This document shows positions 20,347 to 28,155 of a DNA stretch of 64,000 nucleotides, piece after piece (position 1 is the first letter of the stretch; each line of letters begins with the position of its first letter). The notes beneath the pieces were generated by a model. The model saw only the letters and a program-made list of their open reading frames with translations. It did not search any database and was not told the origin of the DNA. The position numbers and the translations under genes are program-made. The DNA is from Nanobdellota archaeon (GTDB lineage Archaea; Nanobdellota; Nanobdellia; Pacearchaeales; GW2011-AR1), in NCBI GenBank assembly GCA_038045445.1, contig JBBSYC010000001.1:35140-99139 (forward strand). The letters are read 5' to 3'.

Positions 20347-20688
20347 TTAAATTTTATCTTTAAATTCTTCTTTTATTTTTTCAAGTCTCTCAAATAACTT
20401 TTTGTATTCTTTTGATTTAGTATAATTTTCATCATGATCTAAAACTGGACCCAAGACGAATGCTACAACTAAAGAGTTTTCTATTCTAATACAATACACT
20501 CTATACTTTGAACCTACTTTTATTTCACAAAATCCACCATGTTGATAAGACATTGGTTTTGCTATATCTTGGTTGGTAATCAAGCTATTTACTTTCTTTT
20601 CAACGGCGATACGCCAAGTATTTCCAAGATCGTTTAAACTATCCAAATAAGTCTTAGTCTGATATATTTTGATTTTTTTGTTTGTCAT
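20347..20688 (-). CDS. RelE/ParE-family toxin
   Basis: C-terminal GFCEIKVGSKYRVYCIRIENSLVVAFVLGPVLDHDENY fits the RelE/ParE pattern. 4-bp overlap with the upstream RHH gene. Confidence 0.6.
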   Translation of the reverse strand: MTNKKIKIYQTKTYLDSLNDLGNTWRIAVEKKVNSLITNQDIAKPMSYQHGGFCEIKVGSKYRVYCIRIENSLVVAFVLGPVLDHDENYTKSKEYKKLFERLEKIKEEFKDKI

Positions 20689-21230
20689 TTTATCTCCTTT
20701 TTTAAATAAGAAATAAATAAAAGAATTCTATCGTCTTCTGCACCTTCTAATGCGACAGCTTTTACTTTTATCAGCTCAGATTTAATAGTTCCAACAATAT
20801 TTTTCATAATTTCACTAATTTTGCTAATATCTGTTTTTTTCATTGCAAAATGAATATAAATTCCATTTACAGCGGTACGATCTAAATTGTTAATTCTATT
20901 CTCTATATTTTCTAGACTTTCTTCAAACATAAAGGTCTCATTCTTATCAATTACATTAATAATATCGCGATAAACATAACTTGGAGCATTCCCTAAATAT
21001 TTCTTTATTGTTTCTAGATGAATCTTAAGAGAGGGCATATGTTCTATAACTTTTTCTAAATCTTTAAACTCCCATTCATGAAGATCAATAAACTGTTCAA
21101 TAGCCATGTTTGTCAAGGCAGTAATAGTTTTACTCTTTTTCTCTGCGAGTGTTGAAAGACGAGTATGTAAATCTTTTTTCAAACGAATTACTACGGATTC
21201 TTCATCAGTCTTTTTTAAGTCTTCTATCAT
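20685..21230 (-). CDS. ribbon-helix-helix (CopG-like) antitoxin with a long uncharacterised C-terminal extension
   Basis: N-terminal VVIRLKKDLHTRLSTLAEKKSKTITALTNMAIEQFI is a classic RHH. 181 aa total. ATGA overlap with the toxin. Confidence 0.5.
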   Translation of the reverse strand: MIEDLKKTDEESVVIRLKKDLHTRLSTLAEKKSKTITALTNMAIEQFIDLHEWEFKDLEKVIEHMPSLKIHLETIKKYLGNAPSYVYRDIINVIDKNETFMFEESLENIENRINNLDRTAVNGIYIHFAMKKTDISKISEIMKNIVGTIKSELIKVKAVALEGAEDDRILLFISYLKKEIK

Positions 21231-21284
21231 GTTAGTAACACGTTGTATACAACTTGATACTACTTATAAATCTTTTGATTTTCG

Positions 21285-22214
21285 TTATGATTTTCCAATA
21301 ATCACTAAGTTGTGAATTAAAGCTTTCAACATCAACTCATTATCTCTTGCAACATCATTTCTAGTTCTCAGCCAGTTCATTGAACGCCTTTTTATTGTAG
21401 ATATTACTCCTTCTACTCCCCATCTGTATCTATAAGCATCTCTAAATCTTTCATGATTCTTTTTGTATAAGTTGAAAGCAGTGTTCCAAGCCTTACTTCC
21501 ACCTCCAAATTTGCTGTTTGATCTAAAGTTGATGAAAGCATTTTGAATTCCTAATTCCTCAGTTAATTCATAATGCCTTTTGCTTAGATAACCTGCGTCT
21601 GCTAATACTGTGTTCAAATCAAATCCATTGAATTTAACTGCAGTTACAATCTCCTCAAAGAATTTAGCATCATGTTCCGTTCCTTGAGAAGTTCTAGCAT
21701 AGGCTATTACCTTACTATCTCTAATTATTCCAATATGTAATTTTCTAGTCTTTCTAAGTGATGGAATCCCACTATGTCTTTTGCTTGCAGGTTTGTTAGT
21801 AAAACCTCCAACATACATTTTCAAGCCCATCCAAGTGCTATCTAAAATAAGAGTTTGATTGCTTCTGATAAATTGCCTTGCAGATTCTTGAATGAGTAAC
21901 CCTAGAAGTTTGTAAGTCTCTATACTATTCATATATTTACAGACAGCACTTCTTTTTATCGGGTGAGAGATAATACCTTGTCTTTGTGCAAATAGCATTT
22001 CACTATACCCTTTTCTGTAAGAATTACTTGGATAAGCCATTAATAACAAACATTTCAAAGCATTTTTGTAATGTGGTCTTATTTGTTCATCAGAAAATTT
22101 ATCAAAGAAATTTGCAAGAGTTGATGAATAATTGTATTTTTCTAATTCAAGAGCTTCATCTTTTATTATAGGAACTATGATTTTTCTTTCTAGCAATGGA
22201 GTTTGTTGTATCAT
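21285..22214 (-). mobile_element. DDE transposase (IS4/IS5-superfamily-like) of an insertion sequence
   Basis: Candidate DDE residues in LDSTW, VLADAGY and YRYRWGVEGVISTIKRR; 309 aa. Terminal inverted repeats not confidently identified. Confidence 0.6.
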
Positions 22215-22215
22215 G

Positions 22216-22575
22216 TTAATACCTCAACTCTCTAAACTCAACTTTTCCTTCTTCTACCATTTTCTTAATTCTTTCTTGTTTTGGAGACAGTTTTGAGCCC
22301 CCAGTTTTTATTTCAATAAACTTGATAGTATCTTCATCAAAACAAAGTCCATCTATAGGCATTCCTAAATGTATGAATGTTTCTTTAGAACCCGGAAAGT
22401 CTTTTGTAAATGGTGCAAAATGTTCAAAGGTCTTTCCGAACTTTACATATGCAGAACGTAAATCGTGTTTGCATTTATCTAATTCTGTTTGGATAGTCTT
22501 ATTTTGTCTTACAGTTCTAGAGATAAAATAGACTGCTATGCCTATGATTGTTAAAGCCGTTATTTCGGTTATCAT
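22216..22575 (-). CDS. membrane-anchored PD-(D/E)xK-like nuclease-fold protein
   Basis: N-terminal TM (ITALTIIGIAVYFI), then GMPIDGLCFDEDTIKFIEIKTG matching a D...E.K restriction-endonuclease-like core. Abuts the transposase start. Confidence 0.4.
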   Translation of the reverse strand: MITEITALTIIGIAVYFISRTVRQNKTIQTELDKCKHDLRSAYVKFGKTFEHFAPFTKDFPGSKETFIHLGMPIDGLCFDEDTIKFIEIKTGGSKLSPKQERIKKMVEEGKVEFRELRY

Positions 22576-22702
22576 TTTTGTTCATATCATAACCTCTTAC
22601 ACTTTAATAGTGTATTATTACCTAAATAACAGTTGTAATAGGCCTATTTAAATATTTCCCGTCAAATTAATACTTAATCAGAGTAATAACACACTAGTTA
22701 GT

Positions 22703-22712
22703 TTTATATATA
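22703..22712 (+). promoter_or_regulatory. TATA-box-like element about 24 bp upstream of the AbrB-like gene start (possible leaderless transcript)
   Basis: TTTTATATAT in the divergent intergenic region. Confidence 0.25.
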
Positions 22713-22730
22713 TGTAAAATTTATAATTTT

Positions 22731-22940
22731 ATGGAACGTGGAGACTTCGTAGAAACAATAGAAAAAGAAGTTACATTACAATACTCAAAACCTAAAAATA
22801 GAACTCAAGGTCATTTTTTTATGCAAATACCAAAAGAAATAGCTAGAAATTTGAATTTAAAAAAAGGAGATAAAGTAATAATGCGAAGTCCTATAAAAAA
22901 TAAATCTGAATACTCCATCAGATTCAAAAAACTACCATGA
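22731..22940 (+). CDS. AbrB/MazE (SpoVT-AbrB) fold small DNA-binding protein
   Basis: HFFMQIPKEIARNLNLKKGDKV resembles the swapped-hairpin motif. ATGA overlap with the next gene. Confidence 0.45.
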   Translation: MERGDFVETIEKEVTLQYSKPKNRTQGHFFMQIPKEIARNLNLKKGDKVIMRSPIKNKSEYSIRFKKLP

Positions 22941-23170
22941 CATTCTACAAAAAAAAGAAAAGGTTTCACCCTTATGATGAAGCAATCCTTCAAGTTTTTG
23001 CTAATACAGACAAGATTGTGACTCCGGGGGAAGTTGCGGATTATCTGGGAATACCCCCTGCAACTGTTAAAAGAAGAATTCTAAAATTGATGAGAAAAAG
23101 ATATATTAGTTGTAAATTAGAAGGAAAAAGATTGTATTGTCAAAAAGGTTCTAAAGAAATTGAGATCTAA
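22937..23170 (+). CDS. winged-HTH transcriptional regulator
   Basis: TPGEVADYLGIPPATVKRRILKLMRKRYI HTH region. Confidence 0.5.
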   Translation: MTFYKKKKRFHPYDEAILQVFANTDKIVTPGEVADYLGIPPATVKRRILKLMRKRYISCKLEGKRLYCQKGSKEIEI

Positions 23171-24157
23171 TCATGCTAAGTCGATTATGATTGCACTAAT
23201 ATTTTGAAATTGAAGAGGTATTTGACCAAACTGCCAACCTCTAGCAGTCATTTCAATATAATAATATTTTTTACCATTGTTTTCAAAGTAAGGAGCATTA
23301 ACATTTTCACCTAATACCCCTATAGCCATATGTCCTGGAAATAATAACAATTTGACATCAAAACCTAATTTATTTAGTAGTGCTGCTGCTAAAATTGAGA
23401 CATCTTCACAATCACCAGTTCCATCACTGAATGTTTGCATTGGATATTTAGTGTAATCGTTATAACCAACTAAAATATCACTAGTATAATGTAGGCTTTG
23501 TACAAATGTTGCAACAAACATAACCTTATCATAATAATCCCAATTTAATTGTGTAGAATTGTCCATAGTAATCTTTAATGTTTGTGCAAATCTATTAACT
23601 CCTAAGTCTTCTGAATTAATAAATGATGGATAATATATTTCATCATCTATTCTATTTGGCCTGACAATTTTCTCATAATATGAAATCACATCAGATGGAA
23701 TTGTTACATCTCCACTCCACGTTCTGCTATCAAACACCCATTCAATGTGTTTTACGATATTTCTATCTCCACCAATGGGATGATCATCGTACTTGTCTGG
23801 GACTCCATCTCTATCAGTATCCGAATCTAAATCTGAAGTGCCTAAACTATTTTCTTGTCTTAAAGTCAATCCATCACGATCTTTATCTGAATTTAAGTTT
23901 GCTTCTTGTTGTTTTTGTGCTTCAATAGCATTCCTTTGTGAGTCTGCAACATCCTGTGCTATTTTTCTTTGGAGTTCCTCTTCAGTTAAAGCACTCTGTA
24001 GATTATTATTTTCTTGCTGTTGTTGTAATAAATCATTTTCTGTTTGATTTATTCTTTCATTCATTAAATAGAACTGATAAACTCCATAAAATAATAAAAA
24101 AAGAAAGACAAACATCGTTAAACTCTTTGAAAGTCGTCTGAAAACACTATCTTTCAT
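23171..24157 (-). CDS. membrane-anchored transglutaminase-like cysteine protease-fold protein with TSP3-like Ca-binding Asp repeats
   Basis: N-terminal TM, Gln-rich coiled coil, DKDRDGL / DSDTDRDGVPDKYDDHP Asp-rich repeats, and GDCEDVSILAAALLNKLGF...PGHMAIGV (Cys/His core of the transglutaminase-like superfamily). Confidence 0.55.
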   Translation of the reverse strand: MKDSVFRRLSKSLTMFVFLFLLFYGVYQFYLMNERINQTENDLLQQQQENNNLQSALTEEELQRKIAQDVADSQRNAIEAQKQQEANLNSDKDRDGLTLRQENSLGTSDLDSDTDRDGVPDKYDDHPIGGDRNIVKHIEWVFDSRTWSGDVTIPSDVISYYEKIVRPNRIDDEIYYPSFINSEDLGVNRFAQTLKITMDNSTQLNWDYYDKVMFVATFVQSLHYTSDILVGYNDYTKYPMQTFSDGTGDCEDVSILAAALLNKLGFDVKLLLFPGHMAIGVLGENVNAPYFENNGKKYYYIEMTARGWQFGQIPLQFQNISAIIIDLA

Positions 24158-24213
24158 GTATGTGTGCGTGAAAACCCATTAATAAAGATTATGTTATAGG
24201 TGGTGGAGGCATA

Positions 24214-24370
24214 CATGAGAGTCAGATATGTTAATATTTCTATTCCAGAAGAATTAGTAAAAGAGGTAGATGAATTTATTAAAAAATCAAAAAGTGGTTA
24301 CAGATCAAGAGCAGAGTTTTTGTCAGAGGCAATTAGATTTAGGTTAGGGTTGTTGGAACCTAAAAAATAA
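24214..24370 (+). pseudogene. ribbon-helix-helix (CopG/NikR-like) gene interrupted by a +1 frameshift
   Basis: SD GGAGGC 6 nt upstream. Frame 1 gives MRVRYVNISIPEELVKEVDEFIKKSKSGY then stops at 24334. The +1 frame continues RSRAEFLSEAIRFRLGLLEPKK (classic GY-RSRAE..AIR helix 2). An extra C at the TAC-CAG junction (about 24300-24301) separates them. Confidence 0.5.
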
Positions 24371-24378
24371 GAGTTCTC

Positions 24379-24427
24379 AGTGGACACTTGGTGGACAGTC
24401 AGTGGACAAAAGATGGTACAGTGGACT
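24379..24427 (+). repeat. tandem AGTGGACA iterons (4-5 copies, 11-bp spacing), inverted relative to the left-hand GTCCACT array
   Basis: AGTGGACA at 24379-24386, 24390-24397 (GGTGGACA), 24401-24408, a degenerate copy near 24412-24419, and AGTGGACT at 24420-24427. Confidence 0.7.
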
Positions 24428-24476
24428 GTGTATATTTTACAATAATGTTTAAATAGACTCTTTATTAATTTTTTTT

Positions 24477-24887
24477 ATGGTAAAAATAGGAAATGTTGGC
24501 ATAGGATTATTAGCATCAGTTCTTTCTTCTTGTCAGGTTCCCAAGGTTGAAAAACCTAGTTATGATGACTTTGGTTTAAGGGTGAGGGCTTTGGTTTTAG
24601 GGGAAGGAGTTCTTTCACCGAGAGGTTATCTTGAAGGGTATGGGGGAATGCCTTCTTATTTTTTATGGGTTCGCCCAGAGGGTCAGGATTCTATTTACGG
24701 AGTTGTAATCTCTGAAGGTTCAAAATCCATAGAAGCGCTCGACAAGTCTATTTCTCCTGGAGATTTTATTCATTTTGATGCCGAAACATTTCGGAATAAT
24801 ACTGGTTCTAATAATTTGGTAAGACTAACAAGCTCGGATGTTTTTCCTGTTGAAAGGATACATATTCCTATACATATTCCTAAGTGA
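24477..24887 (+). CDS. secreted or lipoprotein-like hypothetical protein
   Basis: N-terminal GIGLLASVLSSC signal/lipobox-like segment. Confidence 0.3.
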   Translation: MVKIGNVGIGLLASVLSSCQVPKVEKPSYDDFGLRVRALVLGEGVLSPRGYLEGYGGMPSYFLWVRPEGQDSIYGVVISEGSKSIEALDKSISPGDFIHFDAETFRNNTGSNNLVRLTSSDVFPVERIHIPIHIPK

Positions 24888-25158
24888 GGCTAATACAGAT
24901 ATTTTTATTAAGCTGAATTATTGTTTTGTTTTATGGATAATGAAGAAATAAAAAAAGAAGCAAGAGAATTACTTGACAAATTTGGAAAAGATTTGACTGG
25001 TTTTAAGATTGAATCTAAGCTTAATTTTAAAGGTGGGGAATTACGTAAGGAAAAACCTGGAGAGGATTGTGATATTGATTTTAAGACAATAATGTTTAAA
25101 AATGCTCCTCGCAAAAATGAGGAGTGCCTTATTTTAGAAAAAGCACATTGGAATTAAG

Positions 25159-25764
25159 ATGCAACAAAACACAAACAGTACTATTAATTTTGGAACTTTG
25201 GTTGGAAAGAGAGCTCCTGACTTTGTGACTCACTCTTTTCACCAGAATAAGTTTAAAGACATAAATCTTAGCTCTCTGAAGGGGAAGTGGGTTGTGCTGG
25301 TATTTTATCCTGGAGACTTTACTTTTGTTTGTCCTACTGAACTTTCTCGTTTTGCTGATTTATATTCTGATTTTAAAAAGTCCAATGCTGAAATCTTAAG
25401 TGTAAGTACCGATAGTGAACATGTGCACAAGGCTTGGTGGGATCAGTCTGAATCTATAAAGAAAATACAATATCCTATGCTTGCAGATAGTTCTGGGAAG
25501 ATTTCTAAGTTATACGGCGTTTATATTGAACAGGGAATTGATGAAGGGAGGGCTTTGCGTGCTACCTTCATAATTGACCCTGATGGAATTGTTCGCAGTG
25601 CAGATATTCATGATAATTCAATTGGAAGAAGTGTTAAAGAGGTTCTGCGCAAATTGCAGGCTGCCAAATATGTTAGAGAACATGGCGGAGAAGTTTGCCC
25701 TGTTGAGTGGGAAGCAGGGAGCAAGACTTTGAGACCTGGAATTGGATTAGTTGGGAAGATTTAA
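25159..25764 (+). CDS. peroxiredoxin (AhpC/TSA family, typical 2-Cys)
   Basis: FTFVCPTEL peroxidatic Cys motif and resolving EVCP Cys near the C-terminus. Confidence 0.85.
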   Translation: MQQNTNSTINFGTLVGKRAPDFVTHSFHQNKFKDINLSSLKGKWVVLVFYPGDFTFVCPTELSRFADLYSDFKKSNAEILSVSTDSEHVHKAWWDQSESIKKIQYPMLADSSGKISKLYGVYIEQGIDEGRALRATFIIDPDGIVRSADIHDNSIGRSVKEVLRKLQAAKYVREHGGEVCPVEWEAGSKTLRPGIGLVGKI

Positions 25765-25770
25765 TTTAGA

Positions 25771-26520
25771 ATGAAAAGAGTTTTAATTACAGGATTAACT
25801 GGTAGGATTGGAAAAAGTTTTCTTTATGAATACGATGAGAAATACAAAGATAAATATAATTTGACTGTTGGAATAAATAGAACTCCACTTTCTGGATATA
25901 AAACTGTTAAAATAGATTTGACTAATTTAGACTATTTGACTAAAGTCTTCTCTGATTTTGATGTTGTGATTAATTTGGCTGGAAATTCTGACCCTATTGC
26001 TTCATTTGATAGTTTGATTGAGCCTAATTTAATTGGAACCTACAATGTTCTAGAGGCTGCTAAGCGTGCAGGGATAAAACGCGTAGTTCTTGCGAGCAGT
26101 GTTCATGCTGTTAGAGGATATACTCTTGGAGAAAGTTTTGAGATGAACTTAATGGTAAAACCTCTTAATTATTATGGAGCTACTAAGGCATTCGTTGAAG
26201 CAATGTGTCACGTTTATGCTTATTCTTATGGTGTGAGCTGTTTTGCCATTAGAATTGGCGCTTATATCTCCGATGAAGCTCTAAAGGTTGCTTGTCCTAC
26301 TCGCAGTAACTTTGATTATATAATATCTCAAAGAGATTTTGCACAATTAATTTATAGATGTATTGTTGCTCCAGACAGCGTTAAATTTGGAATTTTAGCT
26401 GGAACTTCTAATAATAAGAATCTGTATATGGATTTAGAGGAAACTAAAAAACTTGTTGGATACGAGCCTATTGATGATGGTTATGAAATGTGTAAGCTCC
26501 ATATTGTTGGCAAGATTTAA
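25771..26520 (+). CDS. NAD(P)-binding epimerase/dehydratase-family protein (short-chain Rossmann fold)
   Basis: ITGLTGRIG glycine-rich N-terminus; 249 aa. Confidence 0.55.
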   Translation: MKRVLITGLTGRIGKSFLYEYDEKYKDKYNLTVGINRTPLSGYKTVKIDLTNLDYLTKVFSDFDVVINLAGNSDPIASFDSLIEPNLIGTYNVLEAAKRAGIKRVVLASSVHAVRGYTLGESFEMNLMVKPLNYYGATKAFVEAMCHVYAYSYGVSCFAIRIGAYISDEALKVACPTRSNFDYIISQRDFAQLIYRCIVAPDSVKFGILAGTSNNKNLYMDLEETKKLVGYEPIDDGYEMCKLHIVGKI

Positions 26521-26544
26521 ATACTAGTTATACAATGTATAACT

Positions 26545-26775
26545 ATGGCTTCAATACAAGTAAAAGTAAGAAAATGGGGGAATTCATTAGGAGTTATTTT
26601 GCCTAGTGATACTGTCGAAAATGAAAAAATAAAAGAGAGCGATAACATCAATGTAATAATTGTCAAGGACTCGAGGAAAGCTTTTAGAGAAACTTTTGGG
26701 ATGCTTAAAGGAAAACTTAAGGGAACTGCACAAGAGTTTAAGGATGAGACAAGAAGGGAACTCTATAATCGTTGA
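26545..26775 (+). CDS. vapB: VapB-like antitoxin (SpoVT/AbrB domain)
   Basis: VRKWGNSLGVILPSD swapped-hairpin motif; overlaps the downstream PIN gene. Confidence 0.6.
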   Translation: MASIQVKVRKWGNSLGVILPSDTVENEKIKESDNINVIIVKDSRKAFRETFGMLKGKLKGTAQEFKDETRRELYNR

Positions 26776-27151
26776 TGAATCTGAGCAGGAAGAATTCTTT
26801 TTTGATTCCTACGCTATCTTTGAAATTCTTAATGGAAATGTTAATTATAAAAGATATGAATATTCTAAAATTATAATTACACAGTTAAATCTTTTTGAGG
26901 TTTATTTAAAAGTACTTAGAGATTCTAGTGAAAAAAATGCAGATGAAGTAATAGCTAAGTATTGCATATTTAGCATAGATTTTGATGAAGAAGTTATAAA
27001 AGAAGCAGCAAAACTTAAAATTTTATTAAATAAAAGAGATATCTCCATGACTGATTGTATTGGATACTGTTTGGCTAAACAATTAGATATAAAATTCTTA
27101 ACAGGAGATAATGCTTTTGAAAAACTTGACAATGTTGAGTTTGTTAAGTAA
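26744..27151 (+). CDS. vapC: VapC PIN-domain toxin
   Basis: PIN acidic residues in FFFDSYAIFEIL, SMTDCIGYCLA and FLTGDNAF. Start placed at ATG 26744, overlapping vapB by 32 nt (the track's 26660 start is in another frame of vapB). Confidence 0.65.
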   Translation: MRQEGNSIIVDESEQEEFFFDSYAIFEILNGNVNYKRYEYSKIIITQLNLFEVYLKVLRDSSEKNADEVIAKYCIFSIDFDEEVIKEAAKLKILLNKRDISMTDCIGYCLAKQLDIKFLTGDNAFEKLDNVEFVK

Positions 27152-27182
27152 GATTTAAAAACAACTTTTTGTTTTTGTTTTT

Positions 27183-27452
27183 ATGAATATTGTAAAACAA
27201 TCTAAACCATTGACATCTGTTAAAAAAGGAGATTTTATAACGGTTAATGGCAAGAAACTTGAGGTTGATGCGCATTATGTTTTTGAAGATTATAAGACTA
27301 CTAAGGAGATGTTAATTGAGCTTTTTGATTCAAAGACAGATAAAGATTATCAGATAAGGTATTTTGATGACCAAGTTAATGAGACGCTGAAGTTTTATGA
27401 ACTTAAAGAGATAGTTTATGAAGAAGTTGATATCGAGAAGATTGAGTGGTGA
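27183..27452 (+). CDS. hypothetical protein
   Basis: ORF track only. Confidence 0.25.
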   Translation: MNIVKQSKPLTSVKKGDFITVNGKKLEVDAHYVFEDYKTTKEMLIELFDSKTDKDYQIRYFDDQVNETLKFYELKEIVYEEVDIEKIEW

Positions 27453-27453
27453 G

Positions 27454-28086
27454 TTAGAATCTATCTGATTTTCTTCTTTCTTCCTGTAATTCTTTTAAGA
27501 TCTCATCTGATTTTACTTTAGTTTTTTGATCATATTTTTTATTTTTGAAGCAATCTTCGCTATGGTCGTTGACTAAACCAGATGCTTGCATAAATGCATA
27601 ACATATTGTTGAGCCTACGAATTTGAAGCCTTTTTCTTTGAGGGCTTTTGACATTGAATCTGACTCGGGGCTTTTTGATTGATAGTCTTTTATTGTTTTT
27701 ATTTTATTTTTTATAGTTTTATGATTTACAAATTGCCAAATGTAATTGCTAAATGTTTGTGTTTCTTTTAATTTTAGAAATGCTTTAGCGTTAATTATTG
27801 TGCTATCTATTTTTAGTCTGTTTCTTATTATTCCTGCATCTTGCATTAATCTTTGTTTATCTTCTTCTGTGTAATTTGATATAATCTTTGGGTTAAAATT
27901 ATCAAATGCTTTTCTAAAATTTTCTCTTTTGTTTATTATTGTATTCCAACTTAATCCTGCTTGAAAGGCATCTAGTACAAGGTATTCAAATAGTTTCTGG
28001 TCGTCTTTTAGAGGAGTTCCCCATTCTTTATCATGATATTCAATCATTAAAGGGTTCTCATTTACCCAAGGACATCTTTTTAGCAT
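27454..28086 (-). CDS. tag: DNA-3-methyladenine glycosylase I
   Basis: EYHDKEWGTPLKDDQKLFEYLVLDAFQAGLSWNTII matches the Tag signature. Confidence 0.85.
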   Translation of the reverse strand: MLKRCPWVNENPLMIEYHDKEWGTPLKDDQKLFEYLVLDAFQAGLSWNTIINKRENFRKAFDNFNPKIISNYTEEDKQRLMQDAGIIRNRLKIDSTIINAKAFLKLKETQTFSNYIWQFVNHKTIKNKIKTIKDYQSKSPESDSMSKALKEKGFKFVGSTICYAFMQASGLVNDHSEDCFKNKKYDQKTKVKSDEILKELQEERRKSDRF

Positions 28087-28155
28087 TTTAATAAGAAATT
28101 TCTTTTGATTTAAATCCTTCGGAAAGTATTTAACCTGTTTTTTTAATTAATTGGA

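Noticed and set aside
20184-20688. The shared MTNKK N-termini as evidence of a duplicated gene
   Set aside because: Only about 9 residues are similar and the rest of the two proteins differ. This is reported as a curiosity and not as a duplication call.
19225-24427. Possible CRISPR array at the GTCCACT/AGTGGACA repeat clusters
   Set aside because: Repeat unit is only 7-8 bp with 3-13 bp spacers, there are at most 5 copies, and no cas genes are nearby. This is an iteron or operator-type array, not CRISPR.
26660-26743. Track start (26660) for the PIN-domain gene
   Set aside because: That stretch lies in a different frame of the vapB coding sequence and encodes a low-complexity K/R/L run. The ATG at 26744 gives a normal-length (135 aa) PIN domain with the usual short overlap with vapB.
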